Shown here: piece after piece, positions 34,765-47,795 of the stretch
Layout of the letters: each line of letters begins with the position of its first letter
Numbering within the stretch: position 1 is the stretch's first letter
Assembly: GCF_041146345.1 (NCBI RefSeq)
Contig: NW_027191413.1
Coordinates: 2,604,001 to 2,668,000, forward strand
Length of the DNA: 64,000 bases
Direction of reading: 5' to 3'
From: Neodothiora populina
Taxonomy: Eukaryota
Position numbers and translations under genes: made by a program
The notes under the pieces: generated by a model
What the model was told of the DNA's origin: nothing
Databases searched by the model: none
The model's input: only the letters and a program-made list of their open reading frames with translations

Positions 34765-36425
34765 GATGCAGATGTGTAATAGAGAGAGCCGCCGGGGCTG
34801 TTCCTGTTCCTGGTAGGCGTCGTATGGAAAGCAGAAGGATCAAGTCACTGTCGCCTGGATGCAGATAACATCAAGGGTGAGGACTAATACAGATGGAGGG
34901 GTGCTCCTTCCTGTCCCTTTTATTATGGTAGTCGTTATTTTGGTTCAAGTCGTCGTCGTGTTCGTGGAATTGTCGTGATAATTGTCGTCTCGTTTGGCTG
35001 GTCGGTTGGTTGTTGTTGGTGGCGGCTACGGCTGCTCACACAAGGACTTATGTCACAGACACAACACCCCCCGGTCTATGATCAACACCTGGTTTCGTGG
35101 TTAAAGGGTACTGTACAGGGAGAAAAGAAGGGTCGAGACAGCGGCACACATGCACACATGCGTCGTGGGGAGGGGGGATCATGCGCCAAGGACCAAGGGT
35201 TATTATCAGAAGCGCAGTGCAGTAAGCGCGAGAGATGCAGAGTTGCAAGGCCTCGCCAATCGGCCACGAACCGTTTGATGAAGTGTCGGGGATACGGTGC
35301 AGATGGCTTGGGTGAAGGGAGTAGAGTCAGGACCTTGATATGGACAAAAGTACAAGAGGTTGCGACAATGGCAATACTTGCAATACTGTAGAAGGGCAGC
35401 AGGTTGAGAGAGGGAGAAAGAAAATGCGACTATCAGCAGACATTAATCATGAACGTAATTACAGTAGATGCAGCACTGACGTCGATGTCTGTTCTGGTCT
35501 TTGCGCAATGCGTAATGCCGGTTCTCTCGGTTGAGGGACGGGGTTGCAGGCGCGTCCAGTCTTGCGCCCAAGGCACACTGCACATTTTGTGTGTGCGTTG
35601 CGATCTACTCTATTTGTACTTGTACCTGTCTTATGGAGAAGTTACCTTAGTGTAAAAGCAGATGGCCTTGCGATTGAATTGATGTGTGCGTATGACGGGC
35701 GACTTTTCCAGGAAGTCGTTGCCTATGCGATTATCATGGATTCAGTACTCAGGGTCTGACAAAGTATAGCCGTCCTAGAGGGCACACGAAAGAGGGCGAT
35801 TTGTCCAATATTTGATACTTGATCGTTGCAATCGGTAGTAGCGCCGAGGACTGCGGGCATCAATTTCCACCTAATATGCATCTATCAGCCCTCGCTGTCT
35901 TTAGGGTGCGCTTGGAAATGTGGCATTGCGAATCCCCAAGGTGACGCTGCCTCGAGAGGCTCGTGGCACTTGGGGTGCTGTAGCATGCTGTACTGTAGCG
36001 TCCACCGGATCACAAGGACTTGTACCTAGACCTTAGCTCGGCAAAGAAAGACCGTCACAAGTGCCTGGCCATTGCACCCTCATTAATGGTTCCAAGAGGA
36101 GGGAAGAAGATGACTACCTATCCTGCCTTTACCTTTGATTTCCCACGTGGACGGAAGACGGAGAACGGAGGACGGCAGGATCGGTGCGAGTTGATTGATC
36201 GATAGGGCTGAGATAGCTGATAAAGAGGTGTACACGGAAGGGTCCGAAGGGTCTGAGGGTTCGGCGGGTCGGAGGAAAGAGCGTCTTGTTCTTGTTCTTG
36301 TGACGATGACTTTCTTGACACAACTATTATCGATTATCTATCATCTATCCTCTGCCTTGCACACTATTGCATCTGCATGATAATACGACCATAACATATA
36401 TTCTATTCTTGAATCATATTCCGGC

Positions 36426-38171
36426 ATGCTTCGCCCCTCGCAGCTGGGCCGACTCGCACAGCGCTCCCCGGGACTGTCTCGATCTGTTCCTTCCCGAATC
36501 AGACAATATGCCACAACGGGGACGAAACCCTCAGAAAAGGTGCGGAATCATCAAGTGCAGGGCACTCAGGATGCTGCAGAGCTCGACAACGTGACGACGC
36601 TGTCCAACGGCGTCAGAGTCGCCAGCGAATCTTTAGCAGGTCCCTTCTCCGGCGTGGGAGTCTATGTCGACGCGGGATCCCGATACGAAAACGATGCTCT
36701 ACGCGGCGTCTCTCACATCATCGACCGTCTGGCCTTCAAGTCGACGTCGAAGAGAAGCGCAGACAACATCCTCGAGACGATAGAGTCATTAGGCGGAAAC
36801 ATCCAGTGCGCCTCGTCGCGCGAGTCTCTGATGTACCAGGCTGCCACCTTCAACAGCGCCGTCCCCACCACCATCGGTCTGTTGGCCGAGACCATCCGCG
36901 ACGCCAGAATCACCGATGAAGAGGTCGACCGGCAACTCGAGACGGCAGAGTACGAGATTGGAGAGATCTGGAGCAAGCCCGAGCTCATCCTGCCCGAGCT
37001 GGTCCACATGGCTGCATACAAGGACAACACCCTCGGAAACCCGCTATTGTGTCCCGCCGAGAGACTGCCGCATATCGACCGACGCACCATCGAGGCCTAC
37101 CGCAGCGCCTTCTTCAAGCCGGACAGACTCGTCGTCGCTTTCGCCGGAGTCGAGCACGCCGAGGCAGTCAGGCTCGCCGAGCAGCACTTTGGAGACATGA
37201 AGTCCTCTCTATCATCCTCCACATCAGCATCGACTTCTACCGCCGAGCACACTACCATCTCCTCGCAAGCGTCACAAAACCTCCCACCCCAGGACAAGTC
37301 CCGCCTGATGTCCAAGATCCCTTTCCTCAAGAACCTCTCCACGTCCGCCTCCCAATCAGCGACCGTGTCGCCACTGGACCCCTCCCACATAATCCCCCAC
37401 CCCCTCGAGGCGCCGATAAACTACACCCGACCCTCAAAATACACGGGCGGATTCCTGACCCTGCCCGCGCTCCCCATCCCTCCTAGCCCCGCTCTCCCCC
37501 GCCTCTCGCACATCCACCTAGCATTCGAGTCCTTCCCGATAAACTCCGACTCCATCTACGCGCTAGCAACTCTCCAAACCCTCCTCGGCGGCGGCGGCTC
37601 CTTCTCCGCCGGCGGGCCCGGCAAAGGCATGTACTCGCGCCTCTACACCGGCGTGCTGAACCAACACGGCTGGGTCGAGAACTGCGTCGCCTTCAACCAC
37701 GCCTACACGGACAGCGGCATCTTCGGCATCCAAGCGAGCTGCAGCACGCAATTCACCATGCAGATGCTGCAAGTCATGTGTCTGCAGCTCATGAACCTCG
37801 GCAAAGAAACGGGCATCGGCCGCCTCACAGAAGGCGAGGTCAAACGCGCCAAGAACCAGCTCAAGTCGTCGCTGCTCATGAACCTCGAGTCGCGCATGGT
37901 CGAGCTCGAGGACCTCGGCAGACAGGTCCAGGTGCACGGCCGCAAGGTCGGCGTCGCCGAGATGATCGCCCGCATTGACCGCGTCGATATCCCTGAGCTC
38001 AGAGAGGTCGCGAGACAGGTTTTCGGAGGGCTTGTCAGGAATCCCGGGGGTGGTAGTGGTGCGCCTACCGTTGTGGTGCAGCAGGGTGAGGAGGAGGGCG
38101 TCAAGCTCAGGGAGATCAGCTGGGATGAAGTCCAGCAGACTATCTCTAGGTATGGACTCGGAAGGCAGTAG
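36426..38171 (+). CDS. MAS2: Mitochondrial processing peptidase alpha subunit
   Basis: Arg-rich presequence, TTLSNGVRVASE, HIIDRLAF (no zinc-binding HxxEH), glycine loop GGGGSFSAGGPGKGMYSRLY. Confidence 0.96.
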   Translation: MLRPSQLGRLAQRSPGLSRSVPSRIRQYATTGTKPSEKVRNHQVQGTQDAAELDNVTTLSNGVRVASESLAGPFSGVGVYVDAGSRYENDALRGVSHIIDRLAFKSTSKRSADNILETIESLGGNIQCASSRESLMYQAATFNSAVPTTIGLLAETIRDARITDEEVDRQLETAEYEIGEIWSKPELILPELVHMAAYKDNTLGNPLLCPAERLPHIDRRTIEAYRSAFFKPDRLVVAFAGVEHAEAVRLAEQHFGDMKSSLSSSTSASTSTAEHTTISSQASQNLPPQDKSRLMSKIPFLKNLSTSASQSATVSPLDPSHIIPHPLEAPINYTRPSKYTGGFLTLPALPIPPSPALPRLSHIHLAFESFPINSDSIYALATLQTLLGGGGSFSAGGPGKGMYSRLYTGVLNQHGWVENCVAFNHAYTDSGIFGIQASCSTQFTMQMLQVMCLQLMNLGKETGIGRLTEGEVKRAKNQLKSSLLMNLESRMVELEDLGRQVQVHGRKVGVAEMIARIDRVDIPELREVARQVFGGLVRNPGGGSGAPTVVVQQGEEEGVKLREISWDEVQQTISRYGLGRQ

Positions 38172-38779
38172 AGAAAGAAAACGAAAGGGAAGCTCAAAAG
38201 GCGCCGAAATAATCACGTTCAACCCTGTCTGTCACAAGGGCAGAACAGGCAGATATGACAAAAAAGGCATGACGGAAAGAAAGAGAAAAGGCCCCCGAGC
38301 CGGTTCGAGCGGTATCGTCCGCTCCATTGTATTTTACACTCAACTCTAAGAAGACGAAAAGGGGCTGCTGTCGAGGCCAGTTTAGATCACGACATCTAGC
38401 AGCAAGGTCACGCACTCCAATAGTCAAACAATCACACACCAGGTTTATACAATATAACACGTATAGAAAGAGAAAGATCCTTACGCATACTTTCAATAAT
38501 CGAACATACAGCCTTCAAATAAGTGTTTACGAATACAAGAAAGGTATCTTTTTTGGTTCTTCTCATGTCAGAAAAACCCAAACGAAAGCAATTTTCCCCT
38601 GCATCACAGGCAAAGCTCCATCGAGGTGTCATGTACAAAGAGATTGAGGTTGAGAGTGAGACAGAGAGATAGAGAAAAGAGTGCAGCGCAGGCATGGAGA
38701 GAAGAGGATGATCAAGCAAAAGAAAATTGCCTCGTAGTCAATCGCATAGCTGGGATGAGAAAGGTCTGCCAAAGCAGGA

Positions 38780-41222
38780 CTACACGGGGGTACCGGTGCC
38801 GTTGCTGTTGCCATTACCGTTGATCAGGGGAGTACTCGGTGTGCTGGTGCCCGAGCCTCTCTTGCTCTTGAGGTTGAGGGTTAGCGGGAAGGGTTCGTCT
38901 TCTGCGTCTTCCTCTTCACTGTGATAATCTGTCAGCGACTGAATACGATCGTATTCTCTAGTGGGTTCCACATACGGCAGCTTCCAGGCAATGTAGTCCT
39001 CTGTGCTCAGTCCTTCTCTGCCCTCCTGGAGCGAAGCGAAATCACCAGGCGTCATCATTCCAGATCGGTCTCGTGGCGATCCGGGTACGGAGAGCGGTCG
39101 GGAAATCTTCATCTCGGTGCCGTCGAAGAAACCAGGCTCATCTTCGCCATCGAAAGAATCGGGATATGCTAAAAGATCATTGTCAGCCTCCAGCACATGT
39201 CGCGAGCAAAATTAGAAACTTACCTCGTCTGAGAGCCAGTTGGCGGGCCTTGACGTACTCCATACCCATGCGCTTCCAATCCAGGAGATCACTCAGACGC
39301 TCCGTGCGGTTACGCTGGTTGATACGCTGGCGTCTGCTCTTGACTGTGAACTGGAACATGTACTCGGACAATTGGTTGACACTGTCGTCAACGCCCTTCA
39401 TCCGTCGGTCGACAATGTAGATACCGTAATCCTGAGCGTTCTCTATCAACTCTTCCATGTAGCAGCCGAATCCAGACAAGTTAGTGGTGATGGAAGGGAC
39501 GCCCATGACTGTACATTCAGCGGGAGTGTAACCCCAGGGCTCGTAGTAGGATGCAAAGACACCCAAATGCGTGCCACGGACAAAATCATCGTAGTCCATA
39601 GGGAGAACAGGATTTGCGGAATTGAGGAACTCGGGGTGGAAGACGACCTTGACACGGTCGGAAGGGTGGTTGAACAGCTGGCATCTGCGGATCTGGTTGA
39701 GAATGGGGTCCTCGGCGTCGTTGACCATGTTGTGGGTGACAATGGGTGGGAAGTTGTGGCGCTTCATGGCGAAAAGTCGGCGACGGAGCAGAACCTTGTC
39801 TTCGGACGTCAACAGACCCGTCTCATCTGGCGGATCCTGGCCCTCGGTCCATTTGAGAGAGCGCTCGAAAAGCTTCTGCCCAATTCTCTTTTCGATTGAG
39901 TTCACCGTGTCATGCAGAGACTTGACAACCGCTTGGCCCTTCAAGGCTTCGACTGCCAGAGAGGTAGTCTGAGCAGGCATGATGATGAAGGCGACGACTG
40001 TCATGTCTGATCCGGCAGCCTTGAGTCTGTGGTTCAGACGCGCCAGCGACTCAATGAACATGTCGACACCTTTATTGCGGTACTCGTAGCGACCTGCAGT
40101 GAAGAAGTAGAGAGTCTTGTCTGGGTCGAAGTCGTTGTGACCATAGAAATGTCCGCGCACGAAGTCGTTGATCCTCTCCTTGTTGGTCTGATGCAGATTT
40201 TGGAACTCGTGGGTAGCGGAGAATTTCTTGACGTTCAGACCGTTGGGCAACACGCCGTCTGGCTTGCGCTTGAGAAGATGCTCGCTCTCGTATGCGGTGA
40301 TATGTGAGACTGTGGTGAAGACATCGGCGGCATGCGCAGCACCGCGCTCTATGCAGTATCTGTGGTAAATGCCACGCTTTCCAGCCTCGGCATCGCAGTC
40401 GAACCACTGCAGGTTGTTATAGAAATCGACCGATCCCGCACAAAGATAACGACCGAGAAGAGTGGCGTGGGTGGTGAAGATTGTGGTGACGTCGATTCTT
40501 CGCTTCTTGCAAAGAGGGAGGGCCACACCTGCTAGCCACTCGTGGAATTGTGCAACAACAGCTCGCTCTTTCTCGTGGTAGACGTACTAAGCAATGATCA
40601 GCGGATGCACGGCGGAGCAATGTAAAGAACATATCGGAGAAATGCTTACCTCACCCAAGAACCAGGCAATCAGGTAGCCGAAGACGATAGCTTCGTTGGT
40701 TTCATGGTCATCAGGAGGCGACGGAATGCCAGCAGTTGACCAGAGATCTCCCTTCCACTCGTCCAATTTGAAATAGCCACTGCCGGTATCGAAAAGCAGG
40801 ACTCGGGGAGCTCCGTCAATGAGCCATCTGCCGTAGAGTGTCTTGATGCCTCTGTCGTTCATCGACTTGATTGTCGCGATGAGAGCAGGATCCTTCGGAG
40901 CGATCTCTTCCACCTCAACCGCTGCCTATTCTGTTTGTCAGCATGTGGACTGATGATTTATATTCCTGTGAGCTGTAGCAAAGATCCAACTTACGGAAGC
41001 GCGGTTGAGAGGACCCAGTAACGTGTATCTGGATCCATACTCGGCTGTTGTCACCTGAGCTTTGGATTTGAGCACTGAGTAGATACCACCGACTATATCG
41101 CCTTACGTTAGCCCAGACACTTCAGCATCAAGTCAGAATTGGAAAGACAAACCTCTGTTGGCGACTTCGGTAGCAACCTCGAAAAGAACGTGGTTGCGCA
41201 CGTCCCGCTTTGGCGCCGCCAT
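38780..41222 (-). CDS. GSY1: Glycogen synthase (GT3)
   Basis: Start [79 protein letters not shown]-terminal SVPGSP phosphosites; four introns. Confidence 0.97.
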
Positions 41223-42609
41223 TATGTTGAGAATAACGAGACAAAGAGAGGGAGAAAGTCGACTGTATTGTATGAGTGTGAAAGGTATCTCGGAGCAAAT
41301 GACAAGGTATGGGCGATGTCTTTTAGCTGCAAGAAAGAAGAAAGACGTCAGTCAAAATTGGACAAAAGACAAGAAGTTGGGAAGGCGCAAGGTCAAAGGT
41401 GGAAGGTGGACCGATCGACAGTGATGTGCAGCGTGACATGTGGAGTGCGGAGACCGTCGATTTCCTCGTATCCTCTTTTCTACTTCAAAATCACTCACCA
41501 ATGCAATTCCACCAGGTCCTTTGAGTACAGCCGCGTCTCGATCTGGAAATAGCAGTACGAACACTTGACGAATGTCCTACCAATGGCCAAAGGAAAGAGA
41601 GAGAGCCTGATTTGAATTGAGAAAGATGAAAGAAGATGCTCATACAGCTTGCTGAACAAGCTACCTCACATTAGCTTAGCTTAGGCAGGGCAATAACGGT
41701 TAGCATGCCCCGTGTGCGGTGCACAGGTGGCTGGAACTCACCCAACGTCATGGTGCACGGCTCGCCAGTCGTTCGCGCAATTCTTCCTGTACCATGTACT
41801 TTCCGCTAAAAGCCCATAAAACCCAGCCGGAGACTCGGAGCGGGCAGCGTGAGCCTCGCTTCGCTGTAATCTCCTTGTGGAGTTGTGGGACCTGTTTTTG
41901 GAACATGCCACCCTATGTTCAGTCCGTGGTGAGCCGTCTACTTGCGATAGTGCTTCTGCTCAGTCTCAAGTGTCGAAATATACTATACAGAAACATATCC
42001 TCTCATCTCCCTACCTGGGTTGACACCCCAAAAGCTCCCTTTCGCGAATCTCAGACCCAGCAGAGTCATCCTCCAACCTTATGAACCTTGCCAACGTCTT
42101 AGCCAAGATGTGGAGACTAGGGCCTGACACATCCATCGGCTAAAGTAGTATCGACCCCAAGCTTTCCCCCCAGGAAAGTTAGGATACATCGATCTGGGGC
42201 ATGATGAAGCCGGACCTGTTCTCGGCGAAATATTTGTGGCAATAACCACGTGAGCGTAGGCGAACGGCTGTGAAACCTGGAGCAATATTTTGAGTACGAG
42301 GTACGGTATGCTTCCCCATGGACACCAATAAGTTTGTGAAAGATGGGGAACGGGGGTGGAGAGGTGATCTCAATGCCATATTATGAAGGTGTTTGATTAT
42401 GATCATGAGAGAATTTTATGCGACTATTGTCACTCTCGACTCGTAGACGTGCTGTGCCATCTGTTCTCGTGAACTCTTACTTCATAGTCTCCAGGACGGA
42501 GGTACAGTAAATGTCATCATGCGTTCGCAATCCCCCTCATTGCTGCAGCCACAACGCCATGTTCCAGAGCGAGCCGGCTTCGTAACTCGTGAGCGGTCTT
42601 GGTCCCGTT

Positions 42610-43044
42610 TCACGGACAAAAAAGCATGCCGCTCACGTGCGTGAAGCTTCCACCGTCCAGGACGTGATCATTAATGCAGGTTGTTTTGTTTCCACTGGGA
42701 ACAACTGTCTCCTTCCACGCACCACTACCGAGGCAGTCGTTCACCCCAGTCCACATCTTGAAGATGCACTCGGAACCAGGAAGCTGTTGGACACCCAGTG
42801 CCTCTGTATGCAGAGTGTAGCAAGAATTGACTTCCATTGTACCATTGGACACTTTAAGCCCACACGTCGTGTTGCTTACCATTGATGCCTCCTGGTACCA
42901 GATTACAGAAGTAGATGGTGGCGCGGCTCTGGCGACGTTGACATCATGGACAGCACGTCCATATGTAGCATGTGGGAGAGCGTCGGTGAGAGCTGTGCAA
43001 AACACAGCGATGAGGGTGGGTACAGACACGCTCAGCAGTTTCAT
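42610..43044 (-). CDS. Small secreted cysteine-rich protein (144 aa), function unknown
   Basis: Signal-like MKLLSVSVPTLIAVFCTALTDA; six Cys in the predicted mature part; uninterrupted ORF. Confidence 0.7.
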   Translation of the reverse strand: MKLLSVSVPTLIAVFCTALTDALPHATYGRAVHDVNVARAAPPSTSVIWYQEASMVSNTTCGLKVSNGTMEVNSCYTLHTEALGVQQLPGSECIFKMWTGVNDCLGSGAWKETVVPSGNKTTCINDHVLDGGSFTHVSGMLFCP

Positions 43045-44042
43045 GATTCCTGCGTCGGTCATAGATTCTGTCGGTCGCGAATTGGATTTGTTGTCGATGT
43101 GTCGGAAGAGTGGTCAAAGTTTTCAAGAGACGCAGGTCGGTTTGACGGAATACCGAGAGGATGCAGCAGACACACACGTCTTCCCACCTCTCTTCTTATA
43201 TGCACGAGTCTCATAGCAAAGGGGTCTCACACAACAATGACGAAAACAACGTCTTCGACTTCGGAAAGAGCTACCAGTGCACGAGTCCGCGTTTACAGGG
43301 ACCACGGGTACCTTAGCATGGTCCGTCTACAAGTATCATCCTCGATCATATATTGAATGAAGGTCGACGATGAACCCATTCCTCGGAAGTCATGACTTGG
43401 TCCATTTGCACGTTTGATTGGACGACTCGAGGAATCCCTCGGAGGCCTGAAGGTAATCTTCAGGTTGCACAAGCAGCAACCATCATGCTGTTTGCGTCTC
43501 AATCTTTTTCGAGAAGTCACAACAGCCAATGGCGGTGAGTTCACGTTGTATCTTCCGATGTACGTGAGGTCTGATCCCGTCCGCAAACGGATAATTAGAT
43601 GGCAATGAGTTGTGGGTGGAGCGTACGTTGGCCCAAACAAGAGAGGTCATTGTTTGTGCGATGATTCAATACCCGAGGCCTCCGTTATCAGAGTGGCGGG
43701 ATGTAGGATGATGGATGTCCCTGATATAGTACCTGCTTCGTGCTCCCACGCTTTGCACTTCTCCAGCACCATAATTGCAAGAACGTAGACATTATTATTT
43801 GTGCTTCGGCTTGCCTTGATATCTGGAGCATGTGCTTGGTCTGTGCACAGACACTGTTTGCTCGACCTCGGCAACCCCACAGATTGACTGTATGCCTCAT
43901 GCTATACCATGACCGAGGCACGTTGACCTAGTATACCTTACAAAACATATCATGAATCCATCTATTGCTATGATACACTTTGAACCCCTTCTGTCTTGAC
44001 AATATCATATGAATTGTTTTTAACCTTCGTGGTATTCCAAAG

Positions 44043-45344
<1,302 letters not shown>

Positions 45345-45650
45345 GTTTATTGCATAGAGATCCTGAACAGTCTCGGGATGACTTGTCTTTGACAAGAGGA
45401 TTCGCAGCTTATTGCAATCTCACGAGGATTGAGGATGTATATAAATCCACGATACAGATACATTATGCCATCAATCTCATACTCTCGCAACCAAGCAAAA
45501 CCAAACTCAGTGGTACTATCAAGTCGTACTTCAACGACGAATCTGCAGCACTCAAAGCGATTGCACAACACAGGATTGGTATCTTGAGATTCTTCTTGCC
45601 TCGAACGACTTACTGTACGCAACATATAATAACTGGCCGAATACCATCAG

Positions 45651-46070
45651 ATGTTCAAGCCAACCGCTCTTCTCGCCCTATGGGCACTGCTAGTCCTGAC
45701 GGTCTCAGCCATTCTGCCCGTCGAAGTCAGCTCGATGCCGCCTCTAGTCTCTACCAGAGTTCTCCCTCACGACGCCAACCATACACTGGTACTGGCAAAA
45801 CCACTTCCAGTCATGATCCAGACGAGACATGTCAACAACACTCAGACGGCCTCAATTACGGCAGCGCAGGCTACGGGAGCCTCATTGTCGCTCGCTAGCA
45901 GTCCGATGTCACTTGGGCATGCCGAGAGGAGAGCACTCCTCCCCATATTCCCCGAAATCGATAATTCTGTCTACGTGCCTCCTGCACCGAATGCAGCCGC
46001 TGAGCGGGCAGGGAATCGGACTCCCGCGTTGGCTGCGGCGGTTCTGATGCTTGTGATGGTGGTTTTGTAG
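45651..46070 (+). CDS. Small secreted, putatively GPI-anchored protein (139 aa)
   Basis: N-terminal hydrophobic signal (LLALWALLVLTVSA), Ser/Thr/Pro-rich body, C-terminal hydrophobic tail (ALAAAVLMLVMVVL) after small residues; tatataaa ~210 bp upstream. Confidence 0.65.
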   Translation: MFKPTALLALWALLVLTVSAILPVEVSSMPPLVSTRVLPHDANHTLVLAKPLPVMIQTRHVNNTQTASITAAQATGASLSLASSPMSLGHAERRALLPIFPEIDNSVYVPPAPNAAAERAGNRTPALAAAVLMLVMVVL

Positions 46071-46302
46071 GATGTTCATTCTGTCCTATCTGCTAGTAGT
46101 GACATGATGCACTGCGATGGGACCATGGCTTTTTATTGTTTCTATTCCGGTCATTATTACAATATGAATGCTTCGCAGTATATGAGAACAAGAAAGCGGA
46201 GGAGTGCGTGGTCTCGGAAGATGTTAATATACAATGTCCTGTATGAACATAAATATGTACAGTATGCCCCACAAAGCCCCCAGTTGTGCTTTGGATGCAT
46301 AT

Positions 46303-46496
46303 GATAAGACATTGTACAGTAGTTCATATATAAACCTGCCTTATCGGTTCACATCAAAGAGCTTATCAATAGGATCTCATCTCCTGATAAGCTGTATTGC
46401 AGCTCAGTGATTCGCGAATTTCATAGCATTGATACGATACGAAGCCAGCGACAATGCGATAAGAAAGATCTTTGAACTCGACATGAGCTCGTTATC
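46303..46496. promoter_or_regulatory. Cluster of GATA-factor sites (5x GATAAG, 1x GATAAC)
   Basis: GATAAG at 46303, 46386, 46458; CTTATC at 46340, 46362; GTTATC at 46491; 450-640 bp upstream of the tautomerase ATG. Confidence 0.6.
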
Positions 46497-46940
46497 ACCA
46501 CCCGGAATTTTTTGACGTTCTCAGAGACCGGAAACGTACAGTGTATCCCTCCAGGTTCGACATCTTCTTCGCTGGGCTCCTATCAGGAAGAACGCAAACG
46601 AATAGCATTTCCTTCTGTCCGCCTGTTCGCCGGGCGTCACGGCCCGGAGCTACAGACGACTGTTAGGTACCAGACCCTTACTTGACTACATCATCAGCGT
46701 TTTGTTAGTCATCGCCGAGGATAATTGAGAGAATGAAGCACAGCACATCGTCAGGTGAAGTTAGAGTTACACGCCTTGTATATATAATGGGCGTCGTCAT
46801 GTAGTTGCCGAATATATGACTTTTTGATCCTCTCCTCTCCTGTATTTCGATCTCTGTTTTTACTTTTGCGACCACCACTATCACCACTACCAGTATTACT
46901 ACTATCACATAAAAGCAGAAGCAAAAGACAAGGAAAAAAG

Positions 46941-47630
46941 ATGCCTCTCGTCAAGATTGATATGGTCAAGGGCGTGAGATCTCCCGAGGAGATCAAGCGT
47001 CTGGCGGATGTGGTTCAGGAAGTCATGCTTGCCAAATTCAACGCTCCTCCCAGGGACAGATATCAGGTGAGCCGTGATGAGTTTCCTTTTTTCCGCTTTT
47101 GTCTTTGTCAAGTCTTTCATTAAGACATAGTCCGATATGTCGAGGTTGTAGTCCTTGCTATTTCATTGTCATCTATTCGACTTGTCAGTCGAAACACATG
47201 AGAAGAAAACATGCATTTTAGCTCCACATCTCCACCTTCAAATCAAGACAATCCTCAATCGCCCCTCACATCACGACCGCACCCCCTTTCTAACCTCTCC
47301 TCAAAGATCATAACGCAACACGAGCCCTACGAGCTCATAATGGAAGACACGAACCTGGGCTTCGAACGCACCGACGCCCTAGTCTTCATCCAGATCTTCC
47401 AGCAAGGCCGCACCGCCGAGATGAAAAAGGCCATCTACGCCGAGCTCGCCGAGCGTCTTAACAAGGAGTGCGGTCTGCCCAAGACGGATCTGATTATTAG
47501 TGTGGCGAGGAATGAGAGGGAGGATTGGAGTTTTGGACTCGGACGGGCGCAGTTTCTTGAGGGGGGATTTGTAGATGAAAACAAGGGGATGGGAGATGTG
47601 GAGGGGGTGAGTTGGTCTCGTTCTTCATGA
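46941..47630 (+). CDS. Tautomerase-superfamily protein, malonate semialdehyde decarboxylase (MSAD)-like
   Basis: M-P-LVKIDM (catalytic Pro1), DRYQ, EDTNLG, QQGRT, EDWSFGLGRAQFL; intron 47067-47306; ancestral stop is probably TAG 47572-47574 (see findings). Confidence 0.88.
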
Positions 47631-47795
47631 TTTGTAGACGGGTCTATAGAACGCGTGGAGAATACAAGTATACACAAAAAGTGTGCGAAAGATTTAGATC
47701 GAAGTATTGCAGTCAAGATTTTGGAAGCATCTCCGTCACTCTATTGTATGTATTGCCACCAGATGGCCTTGGAAAGAAGAACAAGAATCCACTAT

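Noticed and set aside
47074..47306. Box C-like GTGATGA in the tautomerase intron (snoRNA?)
   Set aside because: No box D CTGA found within the intron
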